Under the pieces are notes generated by a model that saw only the letters and a program-made list of their open reading frames with translations, had not been told where the DNA came from and ran no database searches. A stretch of 64,000 nucleotides of DNA from the NCBI GenBank assembly GCA_965237525.1, contig CBDEFO010000008.1:1856001-1920000 (forward strand). The letters are read 5' to 3'. Position 1 is the stretch's first letter, and each line of letters starts with the position of its first letter. Origin of the DNA: Candidatus Latescibacterota bacterium (GTDB lineage Bacteria > Latescibacterota > CBDEFO01). A program made the position numbers and the translations under genes. This document shows, in pieces, positions 13,422-23,174 of the stretch.

Positions 13422-14944
13422 AAGCCTTGTGAAATAGTTATGTCCTAAGGCAGCGTCTGAAGCGCCGATTATGGGTCAAAGAGTAGCATATCGTATCGTT
13501 TTGCTGTGGAATAAGCAAAGTAGTCTTATCAGAGTTCTGGTCAGCAAGGAACAGGAGCTGTTTGAAGAACAGGATGCACTGTCTTTGACAGACAGGGCAC
13601 ACATAGACGCTTTCCCCCTTCTTATGAAAGATACAAGCCTCTTGAGATTCTGTACTGTTGCAACAAGATTCAACTGTTCATTCAGTGAGGCTGGTCCTCT
13701 ATAACGGGCTCGTCCCATACCGTGTTGTTGCCTGGCTTCAGCAAAGATATGTTCACTGCGTTTACGGAGTCTCCCGGGAGAGTTTGTAGTCAGCTGTTAA
13801 TGAGATAGACCGTGCATGATTTCTGGCTTTCGCCTCTCGCACTTTTCTATCCCGTTCGGCCTGAATATGTGCTGAATTTGTCTTGTTTTTCCATGTAGGA
13901 ATCGGTTCAATCCTCTCATCGGCTCGCAGAGGAATATGGGGTATGATTCCCCGGTCAAGTACATCAGCGATAAAATTACCAGAACCGTAACCGGTATCGG
14001 CACTAAGTGTCTGAATGTCTTTGGGCATGGTGTATGTTTCAAGGTCATCTACCATCTTAAGGGCACTTTCGGGCTCTGCTGTCCCTGTCGCCTGCGTGCC
14101 CTGAGTCTCAAGGATTACTCTGCTTTTTGTGTCGATCAGATCATGGCCCATAAACGAGAGAAAAGCCCCTTTGCCCTTCGATTTGCTGTATAAGCGCGCG
14201 TCGGGGTCTGTAGTCGAACGGTGTGTTTGGTTCGTCCACTTTTCACCATGAAAGTCTTTATCCTGAGGATGCCCGGACCTACCCTTTGTCTTATCACCTT
14301 CAAAACCGATTCCCTTGAGATAATCATCAAGAGAAACAGGGGGTTCTATCGGCTCAATACTTTTCACTGAAGCATCAGCTTGTATCTGAGTGCCGTCGAC
14401 ACTAAGGTGTTTACCGCTCACAAGACCGACATCTATGCAACACTGGACTACCTGACGCATTATCCGTTCAAACAACCCACTGGATGCCCACTTGTGATTG
14501 CGAAGCTTGTTGATCGTGCTCCTATCCGGAACCGCATCATCAAATGTCTGATGACAAAACAACCGATATGCCGCATGCATCCCCACTTCCTGACAGAGCC
14601 GATTCTCACTCAAATTATACAGATAGCCAATAAGGATCATTCGAACAACTAATTCAGGATCAATACCGGGTCTGCCATTGTCAGGGCAATAACAATCTGA
14701 TACAACGTCTCGTACAAATGAAAAATCAACTGCCTCATCAATCTGACGAAGGATATGATCCTCGGGAACTAAATCCTCCATCTGAAAATAGTGAAACATC
14801 GGATTTGTCTGTTCCTGCTTTTGTGGGGTCATTGCTTTTCCTCCATGTATAATATTATCAATAACATAATATAATACATCGGAGCTGCTTTATCAATGCT
14901 TGTTCTATACTACTTTCTGAATCTAAGGGTTTTTCACAAGGCTT
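13422..14944 (-). mobile_element. IS1182-like insertion sequence, copy 1
   Basis: Terminal IRs AAGCCTTGTGAAA / TTTCACAAGGCTT; TTAA duplicated at 13418-13421 and 14945-14948. Confidence 0.92.
13476..14832 (-). pseudogene. IS1182-family DDE transposase, +1 frameshift near 13773
   Basis: EDLVPEDH, GRPGIDP, SVDGT, ADTGYG motifs; ctcccggg here versus ctccggg in intact copy 2. Confidence 0.85.
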
Positions 14945-15449
14945 TTAAAGAGGGGGGATAAAGTAAGCATGCAAGGATTCGGGACGTTTTCTGTGACCGA
15001 AAGGGCTGCAAGGAGCGGACGGGATCCCAGAACAGGAAACCCAATTCAGATTGCTGCCAGAAAGTTGCCAAGGTTCAACGCAGGGAGGGCACTAGTAGAG
15101 GAAATAATCCGTAAATTCGAAGTCAAGACATCTGACGACAAAGATTTCGGTATGACTGAACAGAGATTTCCTCTCAGCCCTATAAGGGAAAAGGAAGAAA
15201 TCTTGAAAAGAGCCAAAGAAAAGATAAAGAAGATTAACGAAGATGTGCTCAATTCTGAAGGATTGGATGAGGAGGAGATAAAAGCGTCCGTGGAAGAAGG
15301 AATTATAGACGCTGATCAGGCGTATTTCTGGAGCAAAGAGCACCAGAAGCATCACAGAGAGGCAGAGAAAGATATTAAGAACGGTAAGGTCAAGATATTT
15401 GACGATGTTGAGGATTTAATCAAAGATCTCAATAGCTAATTATTGTAGC

Positions 15450-15706
15450 ATGTACAAATTTCAGCGCACTGATAAATTCAAGCGTCAATACTCTGATCTA
15501 TCTCGGGAAATAGAGAGAAAAGCTGAAAAGGCGTTTCGGCTACCTGCGAGCGATTTTAGACATCCACCTTGCAAACTAAGAGAATTAAAGGTAAGGAACA
15601 TGTGTGGGAAGCAAGAATAGATCGAAGATACCGCTTTAAATTTCAGATAGATAAGGAAAATCAGATATATCTTTTGCGGGAGATAGGTAAACACGATATT
15701 TTGTGA
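15450..15706 (+). pseudogene. RelE/ParE-superfamily toxin, frameshifted near 15568
   Basis: MYKFQRTDKFKRQYSDL...FRHP, then LQTKRIKGKEHVWEARIDRRYRF...LREIGKHDIL in another frame. Confidence 0.75.
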
Positions 15707-15730
15707 ATCTTTCAACATAGGAAGACTTTA

Positions 15731-16735
15731 ATGCAGGAAATTAGGGAAAGTCACGACTTAGAGGCTATCGAAAGATTGGAAGGGGCCAAGGACGCAATCT
15801 GTTCTGAGATCGAAAAGGTGATCGTTGGACAAAGGCAGATAATAGATCAATTGCTCATTGCTCTTTTTTCGGGCGGGCATTGCCTCATCATCGGCGTGCC
15901 CGGTCTTGCCAAGACACTGCTTATAAATACGCTTTCTGAGATTCTGGATCTTTCGTTCAGCAGGATACAGTTCACGCCAGATATTATGCCTTCCGATATT
16001 ACGGGGACGGAGGTGATTGAGGAGGATTTGTCCCTGGGGAAAAAGACCTTCCGATTCGTAAAGGGACCTGTCTTTGCAAATGTGATATTGGCGGACGAGA
16101 TAAACAGGGCGCCTCCCAAGACTCAGTCGGCTCTTCTGGAGGCTATGCAGGAGCACAAGGTTACGGCTTCGGGAAAGACGATGAAACTTTCCGAGCCGTT
16201 TTTCGTGCTTGCCACTCAAAACCCTATAGAACAGGAGGGCACCTATCCACTGCCCGAGGCTCAGCTGGACAGGTTCTTCTTCAGCCTCTGGATAGACTAT
16301 CCTAACTTTGAGGAAGAAGAACAGGTAGTTCACAGGACCACGAGTGCATACACCTGGAATGTAAGGAAGGTAGTGAGCGGAGATGACATTGTAGACATGC
16401 AAAATCTAATAAGGAGGGTTCCAGTTTCAGATCATGTGGTCAGATACGCTGTGGATTTGGTCAGAAAGACGCGACCATTTGAAAGAGATGCTCCCCTTTA
16501 TGTAAAGGATATGATCAGTTGGGGGGCAGGTCCAAGGGCGTCTCAGTATCTCATACTGGGAGCCAAGGCCAAGGCTGCTCTGAACGGACGGTGTTCTGTG
16601 TCCATCGAGGATGTCAAATCTCTGGTGGTTCCTGTGCTAAGACACAGGATAGTCACCAACTTCAACGCCGAAGCAGAAGGCGTTGATACAAAAGGGATAG
16701 TAACCAGACTGTTGGAGGAGGTCCCAGATAAATAG
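15731..16735 (+). CDS. moxR: MoxR family AAA+ ATPase
   Basis: GVPGLAKT, RIQFTPD, LADEINRAPPKTQSALLEAM, ATQNPIEQEGTYPLPEAQLDRF. Confidence 0.95.
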   Translation: MQEIRESHDLEAIERLEGAKDAICSEIEKVIVGQRQIIDQLLIALFSGGHCLIIGVPGLAKTLLINTLSEILDLSFSRIQFTPDIMPSDITGTEVIEEDLSLGKKTFRFVKGPVFANVILADEINRAPPKTQSALLEAMQEHKVTASGKTMKLSEPFFVLATQNPIEQEGTYPLPEAQLDRFFFSLWIDYPNFEEEEQVVHRTTSAYTWNVRKVVSGDDIVDMQNLIRRVPVSDHVVRYAVDLVRKTRPFERDAPLYVKDMISWGAGPRASQYLILGAKAKAALNGRCSVSIEDVKSLVVPVLRHRIVTNFNAEAEGVDTKGIVTRLLEEVPDK

Positions 16736-16745
16736 AAAGGTCTAT

Positions 16746-17627
16746 TTGGATTATCTGGACCCCGAGGTCGTATCCAGGCTCAGAAGGCTCGACCTTGTGG
16801 CGCGGCTGGTCGTGGAGGGATTCATAACTGGACTCCATAAGAGCCCGTATCACGGCTTTTCGGTGGAGTTTGCCGAACACAGACAGTATATGCCGGGTGA
16901 TCCTGTGAGGGACATAGACTGGAGGGCTTACGGAAAGACGGGACGCCTTTACGTAAAGAAATACGAGGAGGAGACGAACCTAAAGGCGTATATCCTTCTG
17001 GACGCAAGCGGCTCTATGGAGTTTACCTCAGGAGGCATAACCAAGTTTAAGTACGGATGCCATCTTGCGGCCTCTTTAAGTTATCTTATGCTCAAGCAGA
17101 GGGACGCTGTGGGACTGTGCATCTTTGACAGTCGAATACGCCGCTATGTGCCCCCGCGATCTGTCGGGAGCCATCTTCACACCATACTTAAAGAGATTGA
17201 CGGCGCAAAAACGGCTCATGAGACGGATCTGGCAGGCACTCTCCACACCCTGGCTGAGAGGATAAGAAGGAGAGGCTTAGTGATAGTTATCTCCGATCTT
17301 TTGGACGATCCATCTAAGGTGTTGTCAGGATTTAAGCACTTCCGCCACAGAAAGCACGAACTGGTAATATTTCACATCCTGGACCCCAAGGAACGGGATC
17401 TGTCGTTTCCCAGGGAAGCCAGATTCGTGGATCTCGAAGGCGAAGAACAGCTAGTTACTGAGCCGTGGCATATTCAGAAGGACTACACTTCTTTGATGGA
17501 CGACCTTGTGAATCGCTATCGCAGGGAATGCCGCGAAAGTCTCATAGATTATGTCCTGATAGATACGTCGGACAGGTTCGACACTGCACTTCTGGGATAT
17601 TTATCCAAAAGGAAAAGGTTAGGGTGA
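16746..17627 (+). CDS. DUF58 (vWA-like) MoxR partner
   Basis: GFSVEFAEHRQY, IDWR, YEEET, DASGSM, ISDL. Confidence 0.93.
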   Translation: MDYLDPEVVSRLRRLDLVARLVVEGFITGLHKSPYHGFSVEFAEHRQYMPGDPVRDIDWRAYGKTGRLYVKKYEEETNLKAYILLDASGSMEFTSGGITKFKYGCHLAASLSYLMLKQRDAVGLCIFDSRIRRYVPPRSVGSHLHTILKEIDGAKTAHETDLAGTLHTLAERIRRRGLVIVISDLLDDPSKVLSGFKHFRHRKHELVIFHILDPKERDLSFPREARFVDLEGEEQLVTEPWHIQKDYTSLMDDLVNRYRRECRESLIDYVLIDTSDRFDTALLGYLSKRKRLG

Positions 17628-17631
17628 TTAT

Positions 17632-18367
17632 TCAGATTGGCTCTGGATCATAGCTCCGCATAGCATTTGCCACCCACTCCACGGCGACGTCTATCATCTC
17701 CTCTCCCTTCTCTGCCGTTGCTAACTTGGCTTCGTGGTGTAAGGCTCTGTCGTGTTTTGCCTTTTCTGGGTCGGAGATCGTCAGCTTGGCGTTATCGTAG
17801 TCCACTCCCTCCCAGTGGACCTGATCCGGGAAGGCCGCCAGTGCAAACGATGTCTCGAACTCGCTGGCATGTCCTGGACAGTTGCCGGACTCCATCAGCC
17901 TTTCTACGAGCTCCTGGGAATACGCTTCCCAGTATGAACAGAACTTAACATCGACCCCCAGCTTCTGGCTGAATCCATCCACTTGGTCGGCAAGTCCACT
18001 ATTTCCCTGCGTGCCCGTTCACTATAAATATGCTCTTTATGCCGCCCCTCTGAAGGCTCTCACAGACTTCGTAAACCACGGCGAAAAACGTCTCCATTTT
18101 CAGGGTCAAAGTGCCCTTGTGATCCATCCAGTGCTCAGAGATGCCTAAAGGCACCGGGGTGGTAACTATCACATTCGGATACAATTTCTCCGCCGCCTTT
18201 ACAGATACAAGGCGTGCGCTTGCCGTATCGTGTATCATTGCCAGATGCTCGTTGTGTTGCTCGGTGCTGCCCGTGGGGACTATAGCCCCCTTGATTATTC
18301 CGTCGTCAATGCCCTCTCTTGCGTTCCTGCGGGTTAACTTCCAAAGACGAACCTCTCCGATATCCAT
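17632..18367 (-). pseudogene. Creatininase family amidohydrolase, frameshifted near 18000
   Basis: PTGSTEQHNEHL, SEHW, NGHAG, then GHASEFETS in another frame. Confidence 0.8.
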
Positions 18368-18513
18368 CTTATCTCCTTTGGCTAAAACCGTAACTTTAAG
18401 CTTCCACCCGATGATCGGGTGACGGTCATATCAAGTAAGAATATATCTAGCTCTGTTCTTAAAGTCAAGATGTTTTTGTTACTATTAGGTAGTTGGATGC
18501 AATCAAAAAAACC

Positions 18514-18661
18514 TTGACAGATTGCGTTGATTTGCTTATATATCACTCTGTGAACCGTTTCGGAAGAGAGTAAAAACAACCGCTAAGTTCGCTGTGACAG
18601 CTTCACAATTTCACACCAGTCTTACAAAAAGCTTGACAAATATGCGTTAAATTGATATATT
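18514..18661 (+). promoter_or_regulatory. Two tandem near-consensus sigma70 promoters
   Basis: TTGACA-17-TATATA (18514-18542) and TTGACA-17-TATATT (18633-18661) with similar spacers. Confidence 0.6.
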
Positions 18662-18709
18662 TGACTCTGTTGTGATCTCGATCACCAAAAGTACGGGAGA
18701 AGGGGGACA

Positions 18710-19243
18710 TTGTCAACGTTTAGAATTTGCCTGTCTTGGGTTGTGACGATCGTGTTGGGGGCCTCGAACATAAGCTGTGGTACCATCTTTGGGGGTTCCC
18801 GTCAGAACGTGCAGATTGACTCAAGCCCATCGACTGTCTCTGTGACGGTGGGTCAAAGTGGAATGACGCAGACGACGCCCACAACGTTTTCTCTTCCGCG
18901 AAAGAACAACTATGTGTTGACCTTCGAAAAGGAGGGTTACGAAAGTAAGAAGTTCGAAATACAAAGAAAGATCCGCGGCGGCATCCTCGCTCTCGACATC
19001 ATTTTCACTGGAATCGTTGGGGTCGTCGTCGATGCAACTACTGGATCGTGGTATAAGCTTTCTCCAGAGAACGTTAATGTTGTCCTAACCAAGGTGGAAG
19101 GTGCATCGCTGGACCTTCCCGAGACTCTCCAACTGTCTTTGTCAGTTGGAGAGGTTACCGGGGACGCGCACAATTTGCAGGTGACATCGGGCGTACCGGG
19201 TGTTAGTGTGCGCATTAAGTCGTTGCGCTCATTGCAGCGATAG
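18710..19243 (+). CDS. PEGA-domain lipoprotein
   Basis: SCGTIFGG lipobox-like motif; TP, KEGYE, VVVDATTGSWY. Confidence 0.7.
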   Translation: MSTFRICLSWVVTIVLGASNISCGTIFGGSRQNVQIDSSPSTVSVTVGQSGMTQTTPTTFSLPRKNNYVLTFEKEGYESKKFEIQRKIRGGILALDIIFTGIVGVVVDATTGSWYKLSPENVNVVLTKVEGASLDLPETLQLSLSVGEVTGDAHNLQVTSGVPGVSVRIKSLRSLQR

Positions 19244-19497
19244 TTAGGGAAGTAAAGCGTAAAAAGCTGTAATCTTCTGATATTCAATAGAATGGAAGGG
19301 GGTGATTGACGGGCAGTCTCAGTTCACTCATCGCTAAACAGCAGTGGCAAAGACATTCTCAATAGATGACCGATTCTCCCAGAAAATAGCTGGATTTCAC
19401 TTTAAGAATCCTGGGGAGTTTTGGGTCTGTAGAGAAATAAAGTAAATTTTCAACTTCACTTTTTCGTAAATTGTGGAGTTAAAAGAGGGAGGAACAG

Positions 19498-20790
19498 ATG
19501 TTCAAAGATGTTTCAGTCAAATGTGCGTTGGTTTTCGGAGTCCTTCTCCTGGTTCTGGTGGCCGCCGGTAGCTCTGATGCGAGCAATGCAAGGCTTAGGG
19601 CATTGGGTAATGAGCCGATCCTTGTGAAGGACAGTAGCAATATCTTCGACTTTGTATCCACCGTCAACGATTATACGAACAATGTCTACGTCGAGAACGC
19701 CTCGGATAACGCAGGCGTTGGAGACGGACAGAACTGGGGCACAGTCGTCTGGGGTATTAGTGAGAACAACATCCTGGGTATCTCTCTGGACAGGCCCTCA
19801 GGTCTTACTTTTTCCGCTCGTGGCGAGCCGGTTCCCATCTGGGTAGTACATTTTCTCAATCTCCTGGAGAGTCTCCCTCTGGACGGTATGCCTGCGGACG
19901 GTATGCCTGCGGACGGTATGCCTGCGGACGGTATGCCTGCGGACGGTATGCCTCCGGACGGTATCCCTCTGGAGGACTTGCTCCAAGCTTTTGGCGAGCT
20001 GGCTCCCAGCTCGGCTCCCAGCTCGATAGTAGATCTTATCTATGGAAGAAAGTTCGATGATACCGACTTCGGCGTGGGACTTGCAATCCTGTTCGATACT
20101 GATGACAACGGTGTGGATGTTGACAACAGCCAGCTCGGCATCGATCTTAACGTTGGCGTCGGTTTGCACGTAGGAGAAGCATCAGAGCTCGACATCAACC
20201 TCGGCATAGGTTTTCTAAGTGTTGACGAAACGTTGCCTGCTGAGGTGAATTACGATTCCGGCATAGACTTTGGGATAGATGCCAGGTTCTTCCATCCCAC
20301 AGACGAGAGGACTACAGTTATCATCGGTGGAGGAATAGGCTTTTCAAAGGCTCCGAAACTGTCAGATGCCGAGGATATGAATGAGGTCACCTTCCAGGGT
20401 CTGATCGGCGCAGATCTCCAATTGTCTGAAGATGCCAATTTGATCTTGGCTGCCGGACTGATGGTAGAAAATAGGGACATCGGTGCGAATGCAACGGAGA
20501 CTAACATAAGTGTCCCAGCTATCACTGCCGCAGTAGAGATGGGTCTAACAGATTGGTTGGATGTCCGTGCTGGAGCTCGCAGAGCCTCAACGTTTGAACG
20601 CACAATCAACGGAGCAGAGACCCGTGGATTCAACACGGACTATAACCTCGATTTCGGCGTGGGTCTCAGCCTTGGGGGCTTAACATTGGACGGTGTTATC
20701 ACCAAGAAATTCCTCGAGACAGGACCGGATATTATCAGCGATAACCCCGCAGACGTCTTCAGTCAGGTAGCTGTGACCTACAGCTTCTAA
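19498..20790 (+). CDS. Outer-membrane beta-barrel protein
   Basis: Signal peptide, ARLRALG start, alternating beta strands, C-terminal VTYSF. Confidence 0.75.
   Translation: MFKDVSVKCALVFGVLLLVLVAAGSSDASNARLRALGNEPILVKDSSNIFDFVSTVNDYTNNVYVENASDNAGVGDGQNWGTVVWGISENNILGISLDRPSGLTFSARGEPVPIWVVHFLNLLESLPLDGMPADGMPADGMPADGMPADGMPPDGIPLEDLLQAFGELAPSSAPSSIVDLIYGRKFDDTDFGVGLAILFDTDDNGVDVDNSQLGIDLNVGVGLHVGEASELDINLGIGFLSVDETLPAEVNYDSGIDFGIDARFFHPTDERTTVIIGGGIGFSKAPKLSDAEDMNEVTFQGLIGADLQLSEDANLILAAGLMVENRDIGANATETNISVPAITAAVEMGLTDWLDVRAGARRASTFERTINGAETRGFNTDYNLDFGVGLSLGGLTLDGVITKKFLETGPDIISDNPADVFSQVAVTYSF
19881..19972 (+). repeat. In-frame 15-bp tandem repeat (DGMPA, about 6 copies)
   Basis: GGACGGTATGCCTGC repeated. 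Confidence 0.95.
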
Positions 20791-20885
20791 CAGGCACTAC
20801 AGGTGACAAAAGCAATTCAGCTATTCACAGAAGTTCACCTTTCTGGCCTGAAGTAGATCGTCTCAGTATAGTTAAGCAATCCATA

Positions 20886-20925
20886 AGACACGCTATCGCT
20901 TTTTATCGTGATAGCGTGTCTTTTT
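20886..20925 (+). terminator. Rho-independent terminator
   Basis: AGACACGCTATC / GATAGCGTGTCT stem followed by a T run. Confidence 0.8.
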
Positions 20926-21328
20926 GCTATCACGTGAGATGAAGATGAGAATTGTGTTTTAGGATAGGGTCTTTCAGATAATCACGTAAAGTTTGCCGAG
21001 CAGCTAGGGTAAGATCTCTTAACAATACCACGCGTTTTCTATACAAACGGTACAGAGAATCGCTGTAGATACCGTAAAGGGCGGTAGAGCACATACCGAC
21101 CTATGTGGGTAACACCCCAAATCAAAAGACAGCGTGGGCTTACGCTGTGGGATACATAAAGACGCTGCTGGCAGCGCTGTCCTCCTGATTCAACGTATTG
21201 TTCCATTCTCAAGCGGGTCAAAATTTTTGTTGACTTTGAAGGGAAGCGTTATTAAGTTTTACATTAAAGTTGCTTATGGTTTTCTATACACAGAACAGCT
21301 TAAGTAATAGAAAGAGGTAATTTAACAT

Positions 21329-21405
21329 GGCGAACGTAGCTCAAAGGATAGAGTGCCTGACTGTGGCTCAGGATGTTGCGGGTTCGAGTCCCGTCGTTCG
21401 CCCCA
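21329..21405 (+). tRNA. tRNA-His (GUG)
   Basis: Acceptor GCGAACG/CGTTCGC with G-1 and C73, encoded CCA, anticodon arm CCTGA-CTGTGGC-TCAGG, GGTTCGAGTCC T arm. Confidence 0.97.
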
Positions 21406-21657
21406 TATATATCTTAGTGACAGGCTCTTTTGGCGTCTGCGAGATACAGGTGCGGTTTGTCCCTGGTGAATTTGACTGTGCCCACATTCGTCGTACTTTC
21501 TGCCGTCACCATTCCTGAATTGAAGGCGGGTCGGCAGTTCATACAGGGCTAACGGCAAGATACCGAAAGTGACTACCGCCTCGCAAATTTCAAAAGGGCT
21601 TCTTTTTTATCTGTGCAGGATTCTATTATCATTAGTTACGCTACAAGGAGCGTGGAA

Positions 21658-23172
21658 ATGCCTTCGTTCAGAAGACCAAGGGGTACTGAAGACTTTCTCC
21701 CAGATGAGATGATCATAAGAAGTTACGTCGAGGGTATTATGAGGGAGACGTTTGAATCTTACGGTTTTCAGCAGGTGCAAACGCCTATCTTTGAGGAATT
21801 TGCGTTGCTTGCAGCGCGTTCAGGCGAGGAGATTCGGGAAGGTATGTTCACCTTCGTAAGCGACGATACTGAATATGCCCTGCGACCAGAACTAACGGCG
21901 CCTGTATGCCGCCTTGTGGCTACGGGAGAGTTAGAGCCTTTCCCAAGACCGTATAAGGTCTACTGTATCGGACAATGTTTCAGATACGAGCGGCCGCAGG
22001 CGGGACGATACAGGGAGTTCAGGCATGCCAGTTTGGAGCTTATAGGATCCTCATCACCGATGGCAGACGCCGAGGTGATCAGCGTCGCTTCCAGTATACT
22101 TGACAAGTTGGGAATTTCCGACTACACCTTGAAAGTCGGCAACATCGGCATCTTTCGTTATGTTCTGGCGAGCAAGGGTTTCGACTATAACTTCCAAAGT
22201 AAAATTATAAGTGATATAGATAATGTCATCAGCCTGCGAGAAAAATGCGAAACTATTAGAGGGCGATCCAACTTTGAACGCGATGACATCGAATACGTCA
22301 AAGGAAAAATCAGAGACCTTTACACCTTTCAGGATGAGGTGGACTACGAGGGAGAACATGAGATCGTACCTCAGCGGGTCCTCGATGAGGCTTCTATAAG
22401 AAGATGGCTTGATGAGCTCCCACTCGTCGCTGAGGACACATACCGTAGCATCTGGGTAAAAAAGGACGTTATAGGTGAAGAGCTGGCAGATCTCTTAATC
22501 AATATATCGAAAGTCAGAGGAAGCAAAGATGAAACCCTCCAAGCTGCAAAAGACCTCATCTGGAATACAGATGCAAAGGGTGCTTTCGAAGAGCTTCAGG
22601 AGGTGCTCAACTGGCTGGAACACTATGGAGTGAGTAATTACCAGGTGGTCCTGGGAGTAGCACGCGGCCTGGACTACTATACGGGAACTGTATTTGAGAT
22701 TGATTGCCCGTTGCTCGGCGCTCAAAAGCAGATATGTGGTGGGGGGAGATACGACAAACTGGTAAGCGAATTTGGGGGGCCGGAGATACAGGCGACAGGA
22801 TTTGCTTTCGGCTTCGACAGAGTCACAGAGGCGTTTAAAAAGAGTGACGGGATCGTCCCCCCCCAAAAGGTCCATATCTTTGTCGCTGCTGTTTCAGAAG
22901 ATATGAAGGCAAAGGCGGTCGAAATAGCAGGTATGTTAAGAGGTCGCGGTAAGAGGGTGGAAGTCGATATGCTGAAACGGGGCCTGCAGGACCAACTCGG
23001 TTATGCCTCCGGCATAAACTGCGATTATGCTGTGATCGTGGGTCCGGACGAGCTTGAGAAGGAGTCCGTGATTCTAAGAAATATGAGGACTCGAGAGCAA
23101 GAATTAGTTGCTATCTGTTCGCTTGCCGATTCGGTAAACCAGTCCCCGATTGAATCTATCGGGGGTAGCTGA
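21658..23172 (+). CDS. hisS: Histidine-tRNA ligase with enlarged insertion domain
   Basis: PRGTEDF, LRPELTA, FRYERPQAGRYREF, RGLDYYTG, GGGRYD and an anticodon-binding domain; RBS AAGGAG before ATG 21658. Confidence 0.9.
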   Translation: MPSFRRPRGTEDFLPDEMIIRSYVEGIMRETFESYGFQQVQTPIFEEFALLAARSGEEIREGMFTFVSDDTEYALRPELTAPVCRLVATGELEPFPRPYKVYCIGQCFRYERPQAGRYREFRHASLELIGSSSPMADAEVISVASSILDKLGISDYTLKVGNIGIFRYVLASKGFDYNFQSKIISDIDNVISLREKCETIRGRSNFERDDIEYVKGKIRDLYTFQDEVDYEGEHEIVPQRVLDEASIRRWLDELPLVAEDTYRSIWVKKDVIGEELADLLINISKVRGSKDETLQAAKDLIWNTDAKGAFEELQEVLNWLEHYGVSNYQVVLGVARGLDYYTGTVFEIDCPLLGAQKQICGGGRYDKLVSEFGGPEIQATGFAFGFDRVTEAFKKSDGIVPPQKVHIFVAAVSEDMKAKAVEIAGMLRGRGKRVEVDMLKRGLQDQLGYASGINCDYAVIVGPDELEKESVILRNMRTREQELVAICSLADSVNQSPIESIGGS

Positions 23173-23174
23173 CC

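Larger units (their letters stand above)
13310..15439 (+). pseudogene. HU/IHF DNA-binding protein fused to an antitoxin-like domain, interrupted by an IS
   Basis: MANKGNVVNAVVSEAGISKKEAGAVVNALINTITDAL rejoins [30 protein letters not shown] in frame when the IS and one TTAA are removed. Confidence 0.85.

Noticed and set aside
21322..21558. ORFs overlapping the tRNA on both strands
   Set aside because: Explained by the tRNA-His gene; no protein features.
21658..23172. Plain HisZ
   Set aside because: It retains the anticodon-binding domain and the RGLDYYTG histidine-binding loop.
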